From Toensbergia leucococca (lineage: Eukaryota): DNA of 64,000 nt. This document shows, one piece after another, positions 1-13,818 of the stretch (the first letter of the stretch is position 1; the number at the start of each line of letters is the position of its first letter). The stretch covers positions 248,001-312,000 of the forward strand of contig JALDZS010000003.1 in NCBI GenBank assembly GCA_022813965.1. The letters run 5' to 3'. Under the pieces are notes generated by a model. It was not told the DNA's origin. It saw only the letters and a list, made by a program, of their open reading frames with translations, and ran no database searches. Both the position numbers and the translations under genes were made by a program.

Positions 1-519
1 AAACAAAATGTCGAAAATTGCAAATGTGAGTCATTCATTGTGAAAAATTATCACGTCAACATCTAGGCACCTTACAAGTCACATGACAACATCACCAAAA
101 CTCTCTATGAATATGTTCAACAAATCGTACCTGGAGTAGGTCTCTACCAAGCTGCCCTGAAGTACGGATACCTGACCTATCTACTCCACAAAAGCCTAGA
201 CTCAAAGCAGTGAAGTTTGGTATTAGGTAGTCAATAGGAGCCTTGACCATCCACCCTAGCAACCATATCAGTTCTTCAAGCCCAAAATCATCCCCTCAAT
301 TGCATTCCTCCTCTTCACATCCAAAATCCCCTCCGTCAGTATTCTTCACTTTTTATGAATCTGTTCTTCTATAAGATAATTGCATCACCCATGCTCCATC
401 CGTGAAACCTACCGTGATTTTACCAGTCCAAGTCCTCCTAATAACATCATTGTTGGGCTCATGCATACAGTGCACCCACAACACGGAAGAAAGAATATTC
501 TATTCATCACACAATTATA

Positions 520-3500
520 CTAGGCCGTCCCATTAGCTATCTCCTTTTCCAACTCCACCTTCAGCTTCTCCTGGGACATACGCTCCTCCTCCACGCGAAT
601 CTGATCCGGCCTGCGGATAGCAATATCCTTGGGCCGGAAATCGCTAAAAGCCTGCTTCAGCACCTTTTCGACAATGTAGCATCCCACATAATCAATGATC
701 ATGACCGTTGTCATAGTCATCTTGAAAGCATACGAAAAGGGAACAAGTTTCAACTTCTCATTGATTTCAGGAATGAATTCCGTCGAGCACGAGAAAGCCA
801 CACCGGAAACGAGGATTAAGCCCCAATACATGCCACGATTTTCGCGGATACCTTCCCGGAAAGGTCGGCCTTGATAATTGATGGCAAATGTGGATATTTG
901 CTGGATGAGTTGGAGGAGGTAGACGGCGCTATTGAGGAGAGACGGTTCGAATTCACCTTCGAGATCCACGTCGTCATTGCGTGGCTCGATTTGCTGTACG
1001 TAACGAGAAATGTATATTAGAGTGACGATGTGAATGGCAAATTGGCCGAGGACGGAGCCAATAATGTACGGGTTGAAGATATTAGGTTGGGGTCGCTCTT
1101 TGGAAAGCCCTTCCACCGACTATATGAATGATCAGCATAGATTAGTTATTTTATGATGATAAAACATACCTTTGCCCTTGAGATGGACAGAAAACAGACG
1201 CTCATTAGCATTCCGCTTATGGTCACTTGACCGTCTCCAAATTTGATACCCTCGAGATATAATACACTTAGACTATAGGCGCTGATTAGACAATTCAGTG
1301 CTAAGATTTTGTACATCTGAATTGTTGCCACTAGCGTACAACGTCCTTGGCGGATGATGTTCGGGATTGCAACAACGTTGGCAAGTTTGCTTGTGAAGGG
1401 AGCTGCTACCGACGCATCCCCGAGCTTAATCGTCGGAGGCTCGTTCTCATCCATTTCCTGCTCCATCATTGAAGCCGTTAGCTTATCGGCCAAACCAACG
1501 GCTGCCTTCTGGGAGTTCAGTTGTTTCTGTTCAGCAGGTGTAAGATTATTATTTGCACCCTGTAACGCCTTTGCACCGGGGGACGTGATTGTGGTCAGTT
1601 CATTCCCCTTATCTGCGGCATTCGAGTTGGCTGCAACAGCACCAGCTGCACCTTTCTTCTCGGCTTGTTGAAGCATAGCTTTCTCGTAGTGTGGGTTACT
1701 TGGACCAGGGGGATAAATATGGGCTATCTGCAGAGGTACTGGAGGTGCAGGTTGGTTGAATCTTTTCATCAAAGACACTTGTTTCTCATAAATCTCTTTC
1801 ATCTTCGTTGTTCGGAAGTGCTCTCCTATTTTGTTTAAATCATCTTGGGTTCCATTGAGTAAAGCGACGCCGATGTGGGCTTGCTTCAATGCACCCACAT
1901 CGTTCGTACCATCACCACACATGAGCGTTGTATATCCAGCGTCTTTCAAGCCAAGCAGGATATCCTCCTTTTGTTTTGGGGAGACTCGAGCATAGACCCA
2001 TGTATAACGCAAAAGTTGAGGAAGAGCTGGCTGCTGCATGTATTTTGACAGTGCATATCCAGTGACGCAGAGATCTTTCTCTTGTAGGATCTTCTGATCC
2101 AATGGTTGACTGGGATCAACTGGAATATTTACCTTCTCGTCAACACTTCGCCAGACGAGCTTTTCGCCGCTAACGTCGTTCTCAGGGGCGTCAAGGATCA
2201 AGACTTCACGGTCCACAATCTCTACCTGCCTTGCAACGTGGACTGCTGTGAGAGGGTTGTCACCAGTAATCATGACAACGCGGTGGCTGCTCTCATTGAG
2301 CATTCGAACAGCAGTCTTTGCATCATCTTTAAGAGGACATTGCAACACCAAGAAACCAGCGAAAGTGAGATCTGCCTCGACTTCTTCTCTTTTGAGGTTG
2401 TTGATTCGCATTTGACCAAGCTCTGACTCGCTTGAAAGATATTTGTATCCCAAGGCCAGGACTCGGCCTCCATTTCTTGTAAAGTATTTGAAAGTCTCCT
2501 CATAGTGTGGCGGTGTTTTAACTAACATGGTCCGGATAGTTTCTGGGGCCCCCTTCACACCCACAAATGTGGACCTTACTTTCTTCGAACTCGCTCGATC
2601 AGTTGTAACCGCAGTCGCGACCGAGCTTTGTCGTTTCAAAGATGAGGAGAACTGGAATCGACGCTTGATCTGTACAACATCACCAGCGCTTACGCTACCC
2701 TTTGCTGTGGTGGTCGATTTGCCAGTAAGGGTATCGTTCCGCCCAAGCGTCCATCCCAGAGAATTCAATGTTGCTTTTTCCATAGGATCCCCTACGATAT
2801 CTCCTTCATCAAGCTTTACAAGAGCATGAGCAGTGGCAAGCACCAAAGTAGTCTGCAGCCCAGCATCAAGCACAGGTGTAACTTTACTGTGAGCACCGTT
2901 CTTCTCTGCGTCTGCATTGTTTCGTCCGAGTGACAGTCCTGCAATTCCATCCACCACCAAGTTCTCTCCCGTCAAAGTACCAGTCTTATCGAAACAAGCA
3001 ATATCCACTCGTCCAGCGTAAGGTATCCTGAAAGGTTCAGTACAGAAAATTGCGTATCTACTCAGAGCCGCAAGACTGGTATTGACAGCAAGACTGAGTT
3101 CCATAGGCAGTTCTGGAGGAACGACGCTTGTAATAATCAAGATACAGTCAAGTAGAAGCTTAGAGCGTTTTCGATCTTTGCTAACGCCTTCTTGCCACAC
3201 ATACCACGACGCAGCGATGGCGAAAATGAGGAGGAAGAGAATGAAGAGCAATGCCTCCACGTTGTTGGCCGAAACTCGCTCGGTGGAATAGATCATAGTA
3301 CGAACCAAACTTCCTTGACTCGTCTCAAAGCCAGTCTTTGCAACCACAGCCATCGCGCCATTATCCGGAGGAGGTTTGACTCCTGATGCCAAGGCAGGAA
3401 TTGTTTCAGGTGCACCTTCACTTACAATGCCATGAGTAATTTGAAGGACCTTAGTGCCACCATAGAGAAAAGAATTCTTGTCCAGACTCTCCGGCTCGAT

Positions 3501-4604
3501 TGGCGCGTCTTTAGGACGAAGCTGCACCGAATCTTTGAGTAATGGTGTGCTTTCCCCAGAAAGCATGGCTTCATTAACGATCGCGGTGCCTTCCACCAAT
3601 ATCATATCGCAAGCAACCCCGCCATCCTCTTTTGTCCTACCAACAGACACCAGGTCTCCTGGAAGAAGTTTGTCGCTCGTTATCTGTTCCCACTCATTTT
3701 GCCTGTGCACCCAGATATCATATGGTTTAATGCTCATCCCACGAAACTCATTAAGGGTCCTTTGCCTTTGCCAAACCACAGTGCTTTCGAAGCCAACCAG
3801 CATGAATAGCGTGAATAGGGAGTAGTACCAATAGTCATCCATGAGCCAAAGCCCCACACAGAAGATTTGAAAAACAAAGAATGGTGCAACAGCGTGTTCC
3901 TTCCATAGTTCGGAAAAGGTTGGCACAGGAATGTCGAAAGTGTTGTCACCATAGTGCTGTTGAGTCCGCTCGATTTCCGCTTGCGATGATAGACCATGCG
4001 ATTCTGTGAAAGTGCTGATCGATGGCCTAGGTTCAATGTCAAGTGCATACGAACGGGGCGCGAAACTCTTGCTTTCGTAGTCGTAAAGAAATCGCCGCTT
4101 TTGGAATATAAATGATATGTTTTTTTCCCCACCAATCTATCAAAGATGAGTAATTGACCTACTGGAAGGGTCTTGAGGTACGTACTGTATCCCTGAGTAA
4201 GAAGCAGATTTCGGCCGATCCTGCATTTGTAACTGGAATGACCTTTATAAGCTCTGCGCTTGGTACATCTTTTGCTACAGTTGAGGTGAACAGCGCATCG
4301 ACATTGACGTTCCATTTGGTAGTGAGCCATGTCAATGACTGGAGCGTAATGATCGATCCTGCCCAAACGAAGGTCCACTCTGGGCCGCCAATATATTTGT
4401 CATAGCTTTCTTCCGAAAGATAATACGAAAGGAACACCGGCCATATGAACAAGAATGGCAATATGTATGCATGAAGATAGAGAGGTAGCGGGTTATGCAG
4501 TGTGGCGGACTGGATCTGGGTGTTCTTTACGAGAGGCGGCCTGTATTCTACCTGTCAGCGTGAACATACATAAGAGCCTGGGCAAACGCAGAGGTGGCCC
4601 ACAT
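520..4604 (-). CDS. SPF1: P5A-type ATPase (ER transmembrane helix dislocase), 4 exons
   Basis: Motifs PPELPMEL, DKTGTLT, ITGDNPLTA and MCGDGTNDVGALKQA. ORFs 4159-4461, 1146-3926 and 520-1116 join through GT-AG introns at about 4541-4602, 4137-4184 and 1119-1169. Confidence 0.95.
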
Positions 4605-5079
4605 AGCGCGCTGCCAGATAAATAATTCAAGGAGGAAAGCCGAAGAAAGGAAGTCGCGATGCACTGTGCATAAGTCTCAAAAATCTTGGAGGTAACGTAT
4701 TCTAATTGTTAAATCTCGGCTGGATTCTTTTTGAAGGCCGGCGGCTTCGTGTCAGGCCTCGGCTGCACAGTAGTCGTCCGCCGTCCACCGTACACGTATA
4801 TCTACGGTACTCCGTAAGCTATCAAAATGCGAATGCTTAGATGTGACGAAATCAACACCATTATTCTTTCTCACGCTTTGAGGTATAGGAACTCGTTTCA
4901 TTCATAAAGCGTAAAGCTTAATTGGAGCCCGAAAGCCTTTTAGCAACTGGCTGCAGACAAAAACAAAGCCTCAAACATCCGTCAGGAAAAGCTGAATACT
5001 ATTGATTCATGCCGTATCGACACATATTTTTCACTTTCTGGTTTGTCATAATAGCTTTGTACAATTCTGAAAGATACTT

Positions 5080-6269
5080 TCACTGCAGAATCCCCCTCCC
5101 AATCCCCCCTAGAACTTGTTCAATCTCTTCACAAACCGCCTTTGTGATTTCTGCTGTCCCTGAATCTCCCCCCAAGTCTTTTGTCTTAACTCCCCTTTCA
5201 CAAATATTCTCCACGCAACACAACAATCCGTCGGCAGCTACCTCGTAGCCAAGCCATCTCACCATCTCCGCACAAGACCAGAATGTTCCTACAGGGTTCG
5301 CAATGCCCTTGCCAACAATCTCAAAAGCACTGCCATGGATTGGCTCAAACATACTCGGATGCTGTCTTGACGGATCCAAATTACTCGTGGGCGCAATTCC
5401 TATACTCCCAGCCAAAGCAGCTGCTAGATCGCTCAGGATATCGGCATGCAGATTAGTGGCAACGATGGTGTCAATAGTGGAAGGATGTAGCACCATCCGA
5501 GTTGTCATGGCATCAACGAGCATCTTATCACATTCCACGTCAGGAAAATCCTTGGCCACAATGGCAGCAACTTCATCCCAAAGTACTAGCCCATGGCGCT
5601 GAGCATTGCTCTTAGTCACAACAGTAATTTTCTTCCGCGCTCTGCTTCTCGCTGTCTCAAACGCAAACCGCATCAAGCGTTCCACGCCGTGTCGAGTGAA
5701 AATAGCGACTTCAGTGGCGACTTCCCAAGGAAGACCGACATGGGAACGACCACCATGGCCAGCGTATTCACCTTCGGAGTTCTCACGGATGATTACCCAG
5801 TCGAGGTCGCCGGCTTCGCAGTCCCGGATGGGGGAGGTGACGCCGCGAAGAACTTTAGTAGGTCGGACGTTGGCATATTGTTGAAGAGATTGGCAGATGG
5901 CTAGGCGGAGGCCCCAAAGTGATATATGATCTGGAACGTCTATGTAGACAATTGGACTGAGCCAATGGCTTTGCATTGACGCGATATCAACAATATAGAC
6001 GAACCTGGAGCACCGGTGGAGCCAAAGAGGATAGCATGGTAATTCTTCAACGACTCGAGTCCACCATCAGGTATGTATCTACCATGTCTCTTGTAATAGT
6101 CGCTGCTCCAACCTAAGTGCTCGAAGTGAAATTCAAATTTTCCGAATACGGAAGAGAGTTTTTCAAGAACCTGAATGCCGGCGCTGATGACTTCAGGCCC
6201 GATACCATCACCAGGAATGGAGGCTATCTTGTAAACCTTCCGGACGTCATGTATAGTACTGGGAGACAT
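5080..6269 (-). CDS. Tartrate dehydrogenase/decarboxylase (isocitrate/isopropylmalate dehydrogenase family), 2 exons
   Basis: IASIPGDGIGPEV, VPDHISLWGL, IRENSEGEY, VTKSNAQRHG, NLHADILSDL and SMFEPIHGSA; intron 5940-6004. Confidence 0.9.
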
Positions 6270-6582
6270 GATGAAGGTGGCAGTTAGTGATGGCCAGTTA
6301 ATTATAGCCTAAAAAAGCACTTGCGGGGGAACACTGTCACGCTTTGGCATGACGTTAGTGTCGTGAATAGAAACCCCATAATTCCCAATTCCTTAGCTCT
6401 CCCATATTGCTAGAAAGAAGCCTGCCTCTCTCAAGCTTGACAATGTAGTGAACTTGATGGATAGGAAAGTCATGTTCCGAGATTCCAAAATCGTCACCCG
6501 AAGCGAGTCCCTATTTCCGCAACCATCATTCACGAATCCCCCGTGCCCCCCAATCTCTTCTCCACGCCGTGTCATCCCCACG

Positions 6583-7334
6583 ATGCCCCGACCATTCCCA
6601 TCCCTCCCCCGCCTCCTTTCCACACGCCATTTCCTCCGCCCCACCCTCCTCACCCTCGGCGCCCTCTCAACCTGGATCCCCCTGTACTTCTTCTTCAACG
6701 ACCATGTCGCGCAACTGATGTGGGTAACAGGCCCCTCCATGTACCCCTTCCTAAACACAGACTACAACACGTCGACGACAAAAGACGTGGTGCTAGTGAA
6801 CATGTGGAACCCGAGTGAGGGGCTGAGGAGGGGCATGGTGGTTGCGTTTTGGTGGGTTCTTGGTCTCACTGTTGTTTGCTTTTCTGGACAGATGGGGAGG
6901 GTGAATTGGTGGATGAGCGAGAGATGGGCTGATTGGGGCGTTTTGGGGAAGATAGGTCGCCTTTACGGCCGGAGAGCATGATTGTCAAGCGGGTTGTAGC
7001 TCTGCAAGGGGATTCGGTTTTGACAAAGAACCCGTATCCGTTTGCAAGGGAGAATGTACCACTAGGGCATGTGTGGGTTGAGGGCGAGCATCCTGAAGAG
7101 AGGAAAACTTTGGATAGCAATACCTATGGACCGGTGGGTGTCCCGATCACCCAGCGGGACGAACGAGCCGATGGGCTAATCTGAGCTTCTGTATAGGTGT
7201 CGATGAGCTTGCTGACAGGCAGGGTGATTGGTGTAGTATGGCCTCTCAGCAAAGCTGGTAGAATACGATGGCAAGATTATGGAGGAAGTTCTAGAGTCAC
7301 CGAGGGTCAAATACAAGAGCCGGTTCACATATAA
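6583..7334 (+). CDS. IMP2: Mitochondrial inner membrane peptidase subunit 2 (peptidase S26), 3 exons
   Basis: GPSMYP (catalytic Ser), IVKRVV (catalytic Lys), HVWVEG and DSNTYGPVS; introns 6852-6955 and 7134-7196; stop TAA 7332-7334. Confidence 0.85.
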
Positions 7335-7513
7335 CTCAACTGTGACCTAGGTCAAGGTCAAGGTATAATGTGCGTTGAATGGGTGATACTATGGAACTAT
7401 TGAGCACTAACTCTTCAGGGGAGATATATGCATTCGTGCCACTAACGGGAAACCCCTTTGGTCTGGCCACCGACACCTCGCTAAAATGCAGTCACAACGC
7501 ACTTTTTGGAGCC

Positions 7514-10500
7514 TCATTTCTGAGGAACAATCCTAATCTCCTCGGCCTGTTGTAAGCGCTCAATCTCCATCCCAATACTCATTACCCAATGATCACGCTC
7601 GGCCCTGCTTCTGGTCTTGAACACAACGGCCCGACCGGTTACTCCAAGCTTTGATACATTGCGAAAGTGCTGCTTCGTTTTGCCCTGTTCTTGCTCTTCA
7701 TTCGCCTTGAACCATGATCTCTTGAGGCTATGCCAGATGACGAAACAAGTCATAGTGTCCTCGTCAGTGGATGTCCAGCCATCGTCAAGGTATATTCGAG
7801 GAAGGGCATGATGACCCGGATGATTGCTGTCAAAGGTCTGGTTTTGATAAAGTAGATCACCTTCTGTGATGAGACCGCTGTAGATATAGCACTCCTTTAG
7901 GTCAATGGCATTTTGCCGTTCATGATGGATGTGCGGCATCTCTTTCCCGGTACGCTCACGAAGCGCGCCTTGAAAGACCAAGAGGTGGCCGTGGCAGAGG
8001 ATGACACCGCAACGGGTGAATGTCGAATGCCTTCTTGGCTTGCGAAACAGAACTCCTGACATCTTTGATCTATTAGAATTGAAGATATAGCTGTCTCTCT
8101 AAGAAACTCACAGTAATTGCCCGGCAGTGTGAGATACCACACATATTGTATAATTGCGGCGATGCTTCTGATCTGGTCACCTCCCACTTCCGCGCGTACT
8201 GACCGAGGAAAGACTCCATCTCTTCATCTATATTCAGTCTTTCGAGGTTCAGTCGACGGATTGCCTTATAGGTCTGCATGTCGTCGGCGATGCGAACCTT
8301 CCAGTATTTAACGAGCTTGTCCAGACGAGCCATCCATTCCTTCTTAGCGGCCTTATTATAAGCTTGCAGTCTAATGATGAGCCCGTTCGACAGTACTAGT
8401 TCAAAAGTTCGATCGTCTTGAAATTGGTCTGTCCTACCGTCGTCTCTACCCGTGTCGTCTACTTCTGCATGGAAATCCACGTCGGGTCCTTCATCGACAT
8501 TTGCATCCGCTGGCGAACTCCCCCTTTGGACATTTCTGACTCGGGTAACTTGGCACAAATTTATGTAGCCTTCTGCTGCCAACATTGTGTTAATCTTACG
8601 TTCTGCCTCATTGTATGCATCTTGATCATGTTTCCTTCTAGTCATCGCATTCCCATCTCGAAGCCACGTTACATGCCCTTGATTCAGTGGGTAAGGATTG
8701 ATTGCATATATCAAAGGAGTCTTTTGAACAATCTGACTTGAACTTGGTACCTTGCCATTTCCAGTCATAGGAAGGACTGGTGGTGGTGGAGGTAATGCTT
8801 TCGCAGGTCGGCAATAACAGAGGAGTTGATTGTGTGTCGAAAAGTACAACCTCTTGAAGAACATCTTGCCCAAACGTTGGGTTTGGCCCCTTTGAGATGT
8901 GAGCCTGATGAGAAATCCTTCAATCGGACTTGGCTCCTCCATCGGATTTCCAACCTTGGGATTAATACTCGTAGGATAATGCTCCTTCGGCCGCAATTGC
9001 AATTCATGCGACTTTTCCATTGCAATGGTGCCATACATCTTTTGTTCGTTGGCACCATGTACCCATTCCAACCGGTCATATCTTTTCCACGCCAAACCCA
9101 TCTTCTCGTTCTTGAGCCACGAATCAAGAACATCTCCCCATTCAGCGGAGTCTTCCAGCATCTTCATACAACGCTGGATGATGTTGCCAGCAACTGCCTT
9201 TTCGGCCTCCATGGTTCTGATCAAAGCTGCATCATCTGCTTCTTCAGCTTGAGCGGCGTCTCTAGAAGCCTCTAATCGCTCGAAAGGGTTGTCTAAATGT
9301 AGAGTCAAGCTGAGATCTGGCACTTGAATTTGAAGGCTTGAAGAGCGCTTCCAACCAAGGGCGTTGCGTAAGAACGTATACCATTCCACAGAACTAGCTG
9401 ATGATCTTGTCCGTAAGATATAAATTATAGTCCCCATTTTCCACGGAAGCCATATCACCACTGTCTTATCGAGCGAAGAGTATAGATTCACCTTTGTAGT
9501 TTTCCGGATCAATGGGATCTCATACTTAGAGCGCTTCTCAACCTTAGTCTGCTCCACGGCCGGGATGACTCGAGATTTGTACATCTGGATGCTGAAGTCC
9601 GCTTCCTCGCTGGTACTCTCTCGACAAACTACAACAAATTCACTCCATTTCTCCACCACCCGTGACTCTGTCTTCAGGCTATCATTCTCATCATAGTCAC
9701 TGGGTAATTCCTGCAAAGTCGAATCGATGCGAACAAGCATCTTCTCCATTTTCACAATCTCTCCTGAACTAGTGCTTTTAGATCGACGACGCTTTAGAGA
9801 TCTGCGACGGGTCATTTGCGTCGATTTGGCCTGAATACGAGCCTCACGCTGGATCTCCTCGGCAGGGATATTGAAACGAACTAAGCCAGAGGAAATGGGA
9901 TTCGTCCTGGATGGTCCCAACGCGTCTGAGTTGGTGGGCTCATCTGGTTGGTGCGGAGCTCCGTCCGGTAGATCAAGGGCTGGAAGGGTATCATTGATGG
10001 GAGATTCTTCCAACGGGTGTTTCCCCGTTGTCTCTGGCGACGGAGAGTAGCCCTGGCGAATTTGGTCATGAGGTATCAATGAGGTGGTAGAGTCTAAACG
10101 CTCATTCCCGAAACTTTGTCGAGCGCTACTGTTCGGGGCGCTTTGAGGATGATTGGATTGAGCTTCAACAGCCGCAGGTTTTGCAAAAGTAGATTTAGGA
10201 CTGATTTCTTCATGAGCTGTAACAAAGGAAGATGCTCTATGACTCTGCTCAGTAGGTGATTTACCAGTAGCGTTTTTGCCGAGTCGGCTTTCAGGACTAA
10301 TCGTTTCGCGGGCAGTAAGGAATGAAGAAGCCCCCTGGCCTGGATATTCTTTTCCCCGCTTGGCAATAGGGAGAGCCTTCGACTTCGACTTTGGAGATCT
10401 TCGCTGTTGTTCCGGTGCTGTAATAGAATCGTCCTCGGCTGAATTGGGCTCAGGATTGGGTGGTGAGTTTGCCTCATGCATTGTCATTGAACGAGGCACA

Positions 10501-10963
10501 TCTACCGCTGGCGAGTTGTCTATAACAGCCTCCTCTTCTGGCTCCTCATCCTCATTTACTTCATCAATATCTCTCGGTTGTGGGAAGCTGTGGCCGTAAG
10601 CTGCACTTGCAGAAGGGCCGTCGAGACCAGTGATCTGTCTCCTGTGAGATACATCTGACTTTGCCGAGAACGTTGCTGCACGAGAGGAGTAGTTCGATGA
10701 TAGTAGATGGCGTTTGTACCATTCTTTGCGGTGACTTTTCAACCAGCCTTCCGGGATAGGTCCGATGAAGCACCGACGAGTGGTGAGATGGAGATGATGT
10801 GGGGTAGCATGTTGCTATTAATTCAACGATTAATTCTAGCTCTTCGAAGAATTAAGACCATTTTTACCAATCTGTGTGCAGTGTATGGTCCCGGGTCTAC
10901 GTCATCGTCAACTCTGAGAGGTTGGGAGGAAGCTTCTGGCTCGGAGGGATCTGGGGAGGCCAT
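7514..10963 (-). CDS. SPO71: Spo71/Mug56-like PH-domain sporulation protein, 3 exons
   Basis: N-terminal YTAHRL|QHATP..TTRRCFIGPIPEGWL, LYSSLDKT, LAWKRYDRLEW and C-terminal FKTRSRAERDHWV; introns about 10815-10867 and 8063-8111. Confidence 0.8.
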
Positions 10964-11260
10964 TGAAGGAGGAATGAGAATACCGAAAAGCCATATGTTC
11001 AAATAAACATCAAGTATATACACAAACGAATAAGAGCTCCAGTAGAAGAAGGTATGGTGGGGGTGGTAAATAATGCTTCAAATGACTTTCTACTATTACG
11101 GAGTACTCTACCTTATTTCCGTAGGCACCAGAGGACCCCGTAGCAGGTGACGTAGGGCATGCACCAGTCAGTCTGTCCAACCACATCAGACCTGTCACCT
11201 TTCACCTTTCACCTTCCACGCAATCCTACACCTTGGATCGGATACCCACAGACGCTAGAC

Positions 11261-12061
11261 ATGGAGTCTACAACGACAATTCCTCCAGGCGGGACCTGGT
11301 TTGACACATTGCGAAAGTCCTTCGTTGACGTCCCCATCGATCACGTTCATGACAATGCCATTGCTACAACAGCATTCCTCGAGGCGGCAGAGTCACTTAC
11401 AAGTCTATTCAGTAAGTCCCAAATAACGCCAATCTTTGCTTCCACAGGGCCATACTTACATCAATGGCAGCTCTCCTTGGATCCGTGGCCTTTACACCAG
11501 TCAAATCAGATATACTGGGCAATATCAAGGTGAGATCTCCAGGCTCATTTCCTACCCCACAAACGTTCAATTAAGTAGAATTCGCTACAAGAAAGTACGA
11601 GACCGCCAACTAGCAGCTCCCGCCGAGTCCGAGACAATTCAGTCCCTTGTCATAAATGAGTTGAAAACAAAAAAGCACACGGCATCAGAAGGCCTCCTAT
11701 GGCTCACTCGGTCCGCGCCCCGTCCCAGACCTCAAAAAGCCCCACAACCCTAACAACCCTCCCCAGCGGCCTCGATTTTACCGCCCAAGCCCTTCGACAC
11801 AACCTCTCCAATCCCTCAGCTGAGCTCTCAACCTCCTTCCGAGAAGCGTACACCACAACCCTGAAGCCCCACCACAGCTTCATGGTCAAGCCCATCTTCA
11901 GCGCCGCCATGTCCGCCACGCCGTACAAAAAAGACTTTTACGCAAAGATTGCCGAGGACCAGCCTCATGGGCAGAAGGCGATGGAGCAGTGGTTGAGCAG
12001 CCTGGAGGAACGCGTTGCTGTGATCAAGCGATTTCAGGAGACGAAGGCGGCGAAGTGGTAA
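11261..12061 (+). CDS. Glycolipid transfer protein (HET-C2/GLTP family), 4 exons
   Basis: TWFDTLRKSFVDVPI, FLEAAESL, GSVAFTPVKSDILGNI, ASEGLLWLTR and TLKPHHSFMVKPIFSAAMSATPY; three GT-AG introns. Confidence 0.92.
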
Positions 12062-12549
12062 GCTTAGGTGGGGTCGGATTCCTTCGGTTTAATCTCTCTC
12101 TAGGCCCTCACGTCTGCTGCTAGCTCCTGGGCGTTTCTGTTTGCAATCCTAGCTTGGCGGTGCATCTGAAGAAAATATCTTTGCTTTTCTCATGGCGCAC
12201 ATTAAGTGTCTTTGACATACAATTTGCTCCTGCTCTTACACCACGAGCGGTCCCTTAGACCAAACAATAGCAAGAAGGTACGAGAGAGAAGATTTGCAAT
12301 CATCAGACCAAAGTCAAGTTATTATGATAACCAAGCATCTCCAACCCAAAGCGAAACCACCTCCCCCCAAGAAAGATGGAATCCTTCATCCTTATTGCAT
12401 TGCGGAAGGAGCTGAATACCATCAAGACTATAAAAATTGCCAATCTAGCCCATTGAACCGGCCATCAAACCACCATCACACCCTCTCTATCCTTCTAAAA
12501 ACACCACATTCCATTCCCTACTCGTCCAGAAACAAGAAAAAGAAAATGG

Positions 12550-13660
12550 TTACCCCCTAATCTGTCATATTAGATACGGTTCGGTTTTACAATATACCAC
12601 TGCAACATAAAATAAATGTGACTTTTTAAGACTAAGGGTATCGTTGATCCCATCCATCCATCCATCCATCCTCTCAGGTATCAAAAACCTGGAAATTCCC
12701 CCCCCTCTCTCTCTGCCTCTTTTCTATTCCCCTTTCTCCTTCTTGATCTCAATTCATGGACTCAAGATCACACATCTCTTCTTTTAAGATCTTTTTTATT
12801 TTGGTTCAGTTTTCTTTCTTTCTTGTCTGAATGAGATTATTGATGTTAGGCAAGTCTGTTTGTAGTAAAGTAGTGAGTTATGATTTTTTTTTGTTAGGTG
12901 AAATGTGTTTTATTGTTAAGTTAGGTATTTACTCATGTGAGAGAGGTGTTGTTTGTATGATGTGAGGTTTGTGTGCAGGATGTTGTTAATGTATACTCTT
13001 CAGTCATGATTTTAATTGACTCTCAGATCATAAACAGACTATAAACAGATTCTAAACAAAATAAGACTAACATCTATACAACAGAATACACTCTCAATTT
13101 ATCACCTCTTCTCAAACCCTCTCATCACCCCTTCTCAACTCTCTTAAAACCCTCAAAACCCCTCTCTTAAAATCCTCCCCCCCTCCTTCTTTTCTTTAAC
13201 TGCACACAAACACTCTCACTCCTATCACATCACATCATATCTCATTACACTATCACATCAACAAAAAAAAATTGCGCTTCTGAGCTTCATTCTTAGTGAG
13301 ATAAACCCTGCAGGCCCCCTTTTGCAAAAAAAAAAAAAAAAAAAAAATATAGAGTGATGTATTTTTTTGAGGGGTTTTTTTGTGAGGTGTGAGATGTGAG
13401 ATTTGATAAGGTGAGAAGGGGAGTTTTTTTCTGTGAGGTGTGAGGGGGGAGGGGGGATTGAGGGGTGAGGGGTGAGGGGTGAGAGAGAAGGGAAAGAGAG
13501 AAAAGGGGGGCAGGGGGTTTGTGAGATGAGAGAATTGAGAGGGTAGAGAGGTTGAGTTGATGAGGTAAGGGGGTTGAGAAGAGAGGAGGGAGCTGAGATG
13601 AGGTGAAGGAGCTGAGATTGAGGAACTGAGGTGGAGGAGAGGAAGTGAAAGGGGGGATGG
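12550..13660. mobile_element. Degenerate AT-rich transposon relic(s) starting with a pogo-MITE-like terminal repeat
   Basis: TACCCCCTAATCTGTCATATTAGATACGGTTCGGTTTTAC at 12551 resembles the left end of the 57135 element (TACCGTATAATCTGTCATATAAGACATGATCGGTTTAC). The interior is nearly CpG-free and low-complexity; no right TIR was found. Confidence 0.55.
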
Positions 13661-13818
13661 GAGAAATAGACATATATTCAGTTTTCAATCTGTGGTATTC
13701 CTATCTTCAAAAATCCGCATTCCCGTTTTATTTTTGCTCATCTTTTTACACACGAAATCCCCCCTCCCCTTTCCAATCAGGATGCTATACAAAAAATCCC
13801 TCCCCCCCACCCACCCCA

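Noticed and set aside
132..188. Short inverted repeat TGGAGTAG...CTACTCCA
   Set aside because: Only an 8-10 bp stem, single occurrence, compatible with chance.
13326..13347. Poly-A run as a retroposon tail
   Set aside because: No TSD, RT remnant or processed gene upstream; homopolymers are common in this window.
13293..13688. 131-aa minus-strand ORF
   Set aside because: Ser/Pro/Leu low-complexity product of the G-rich arm of a repeat relic; no protein-like features.
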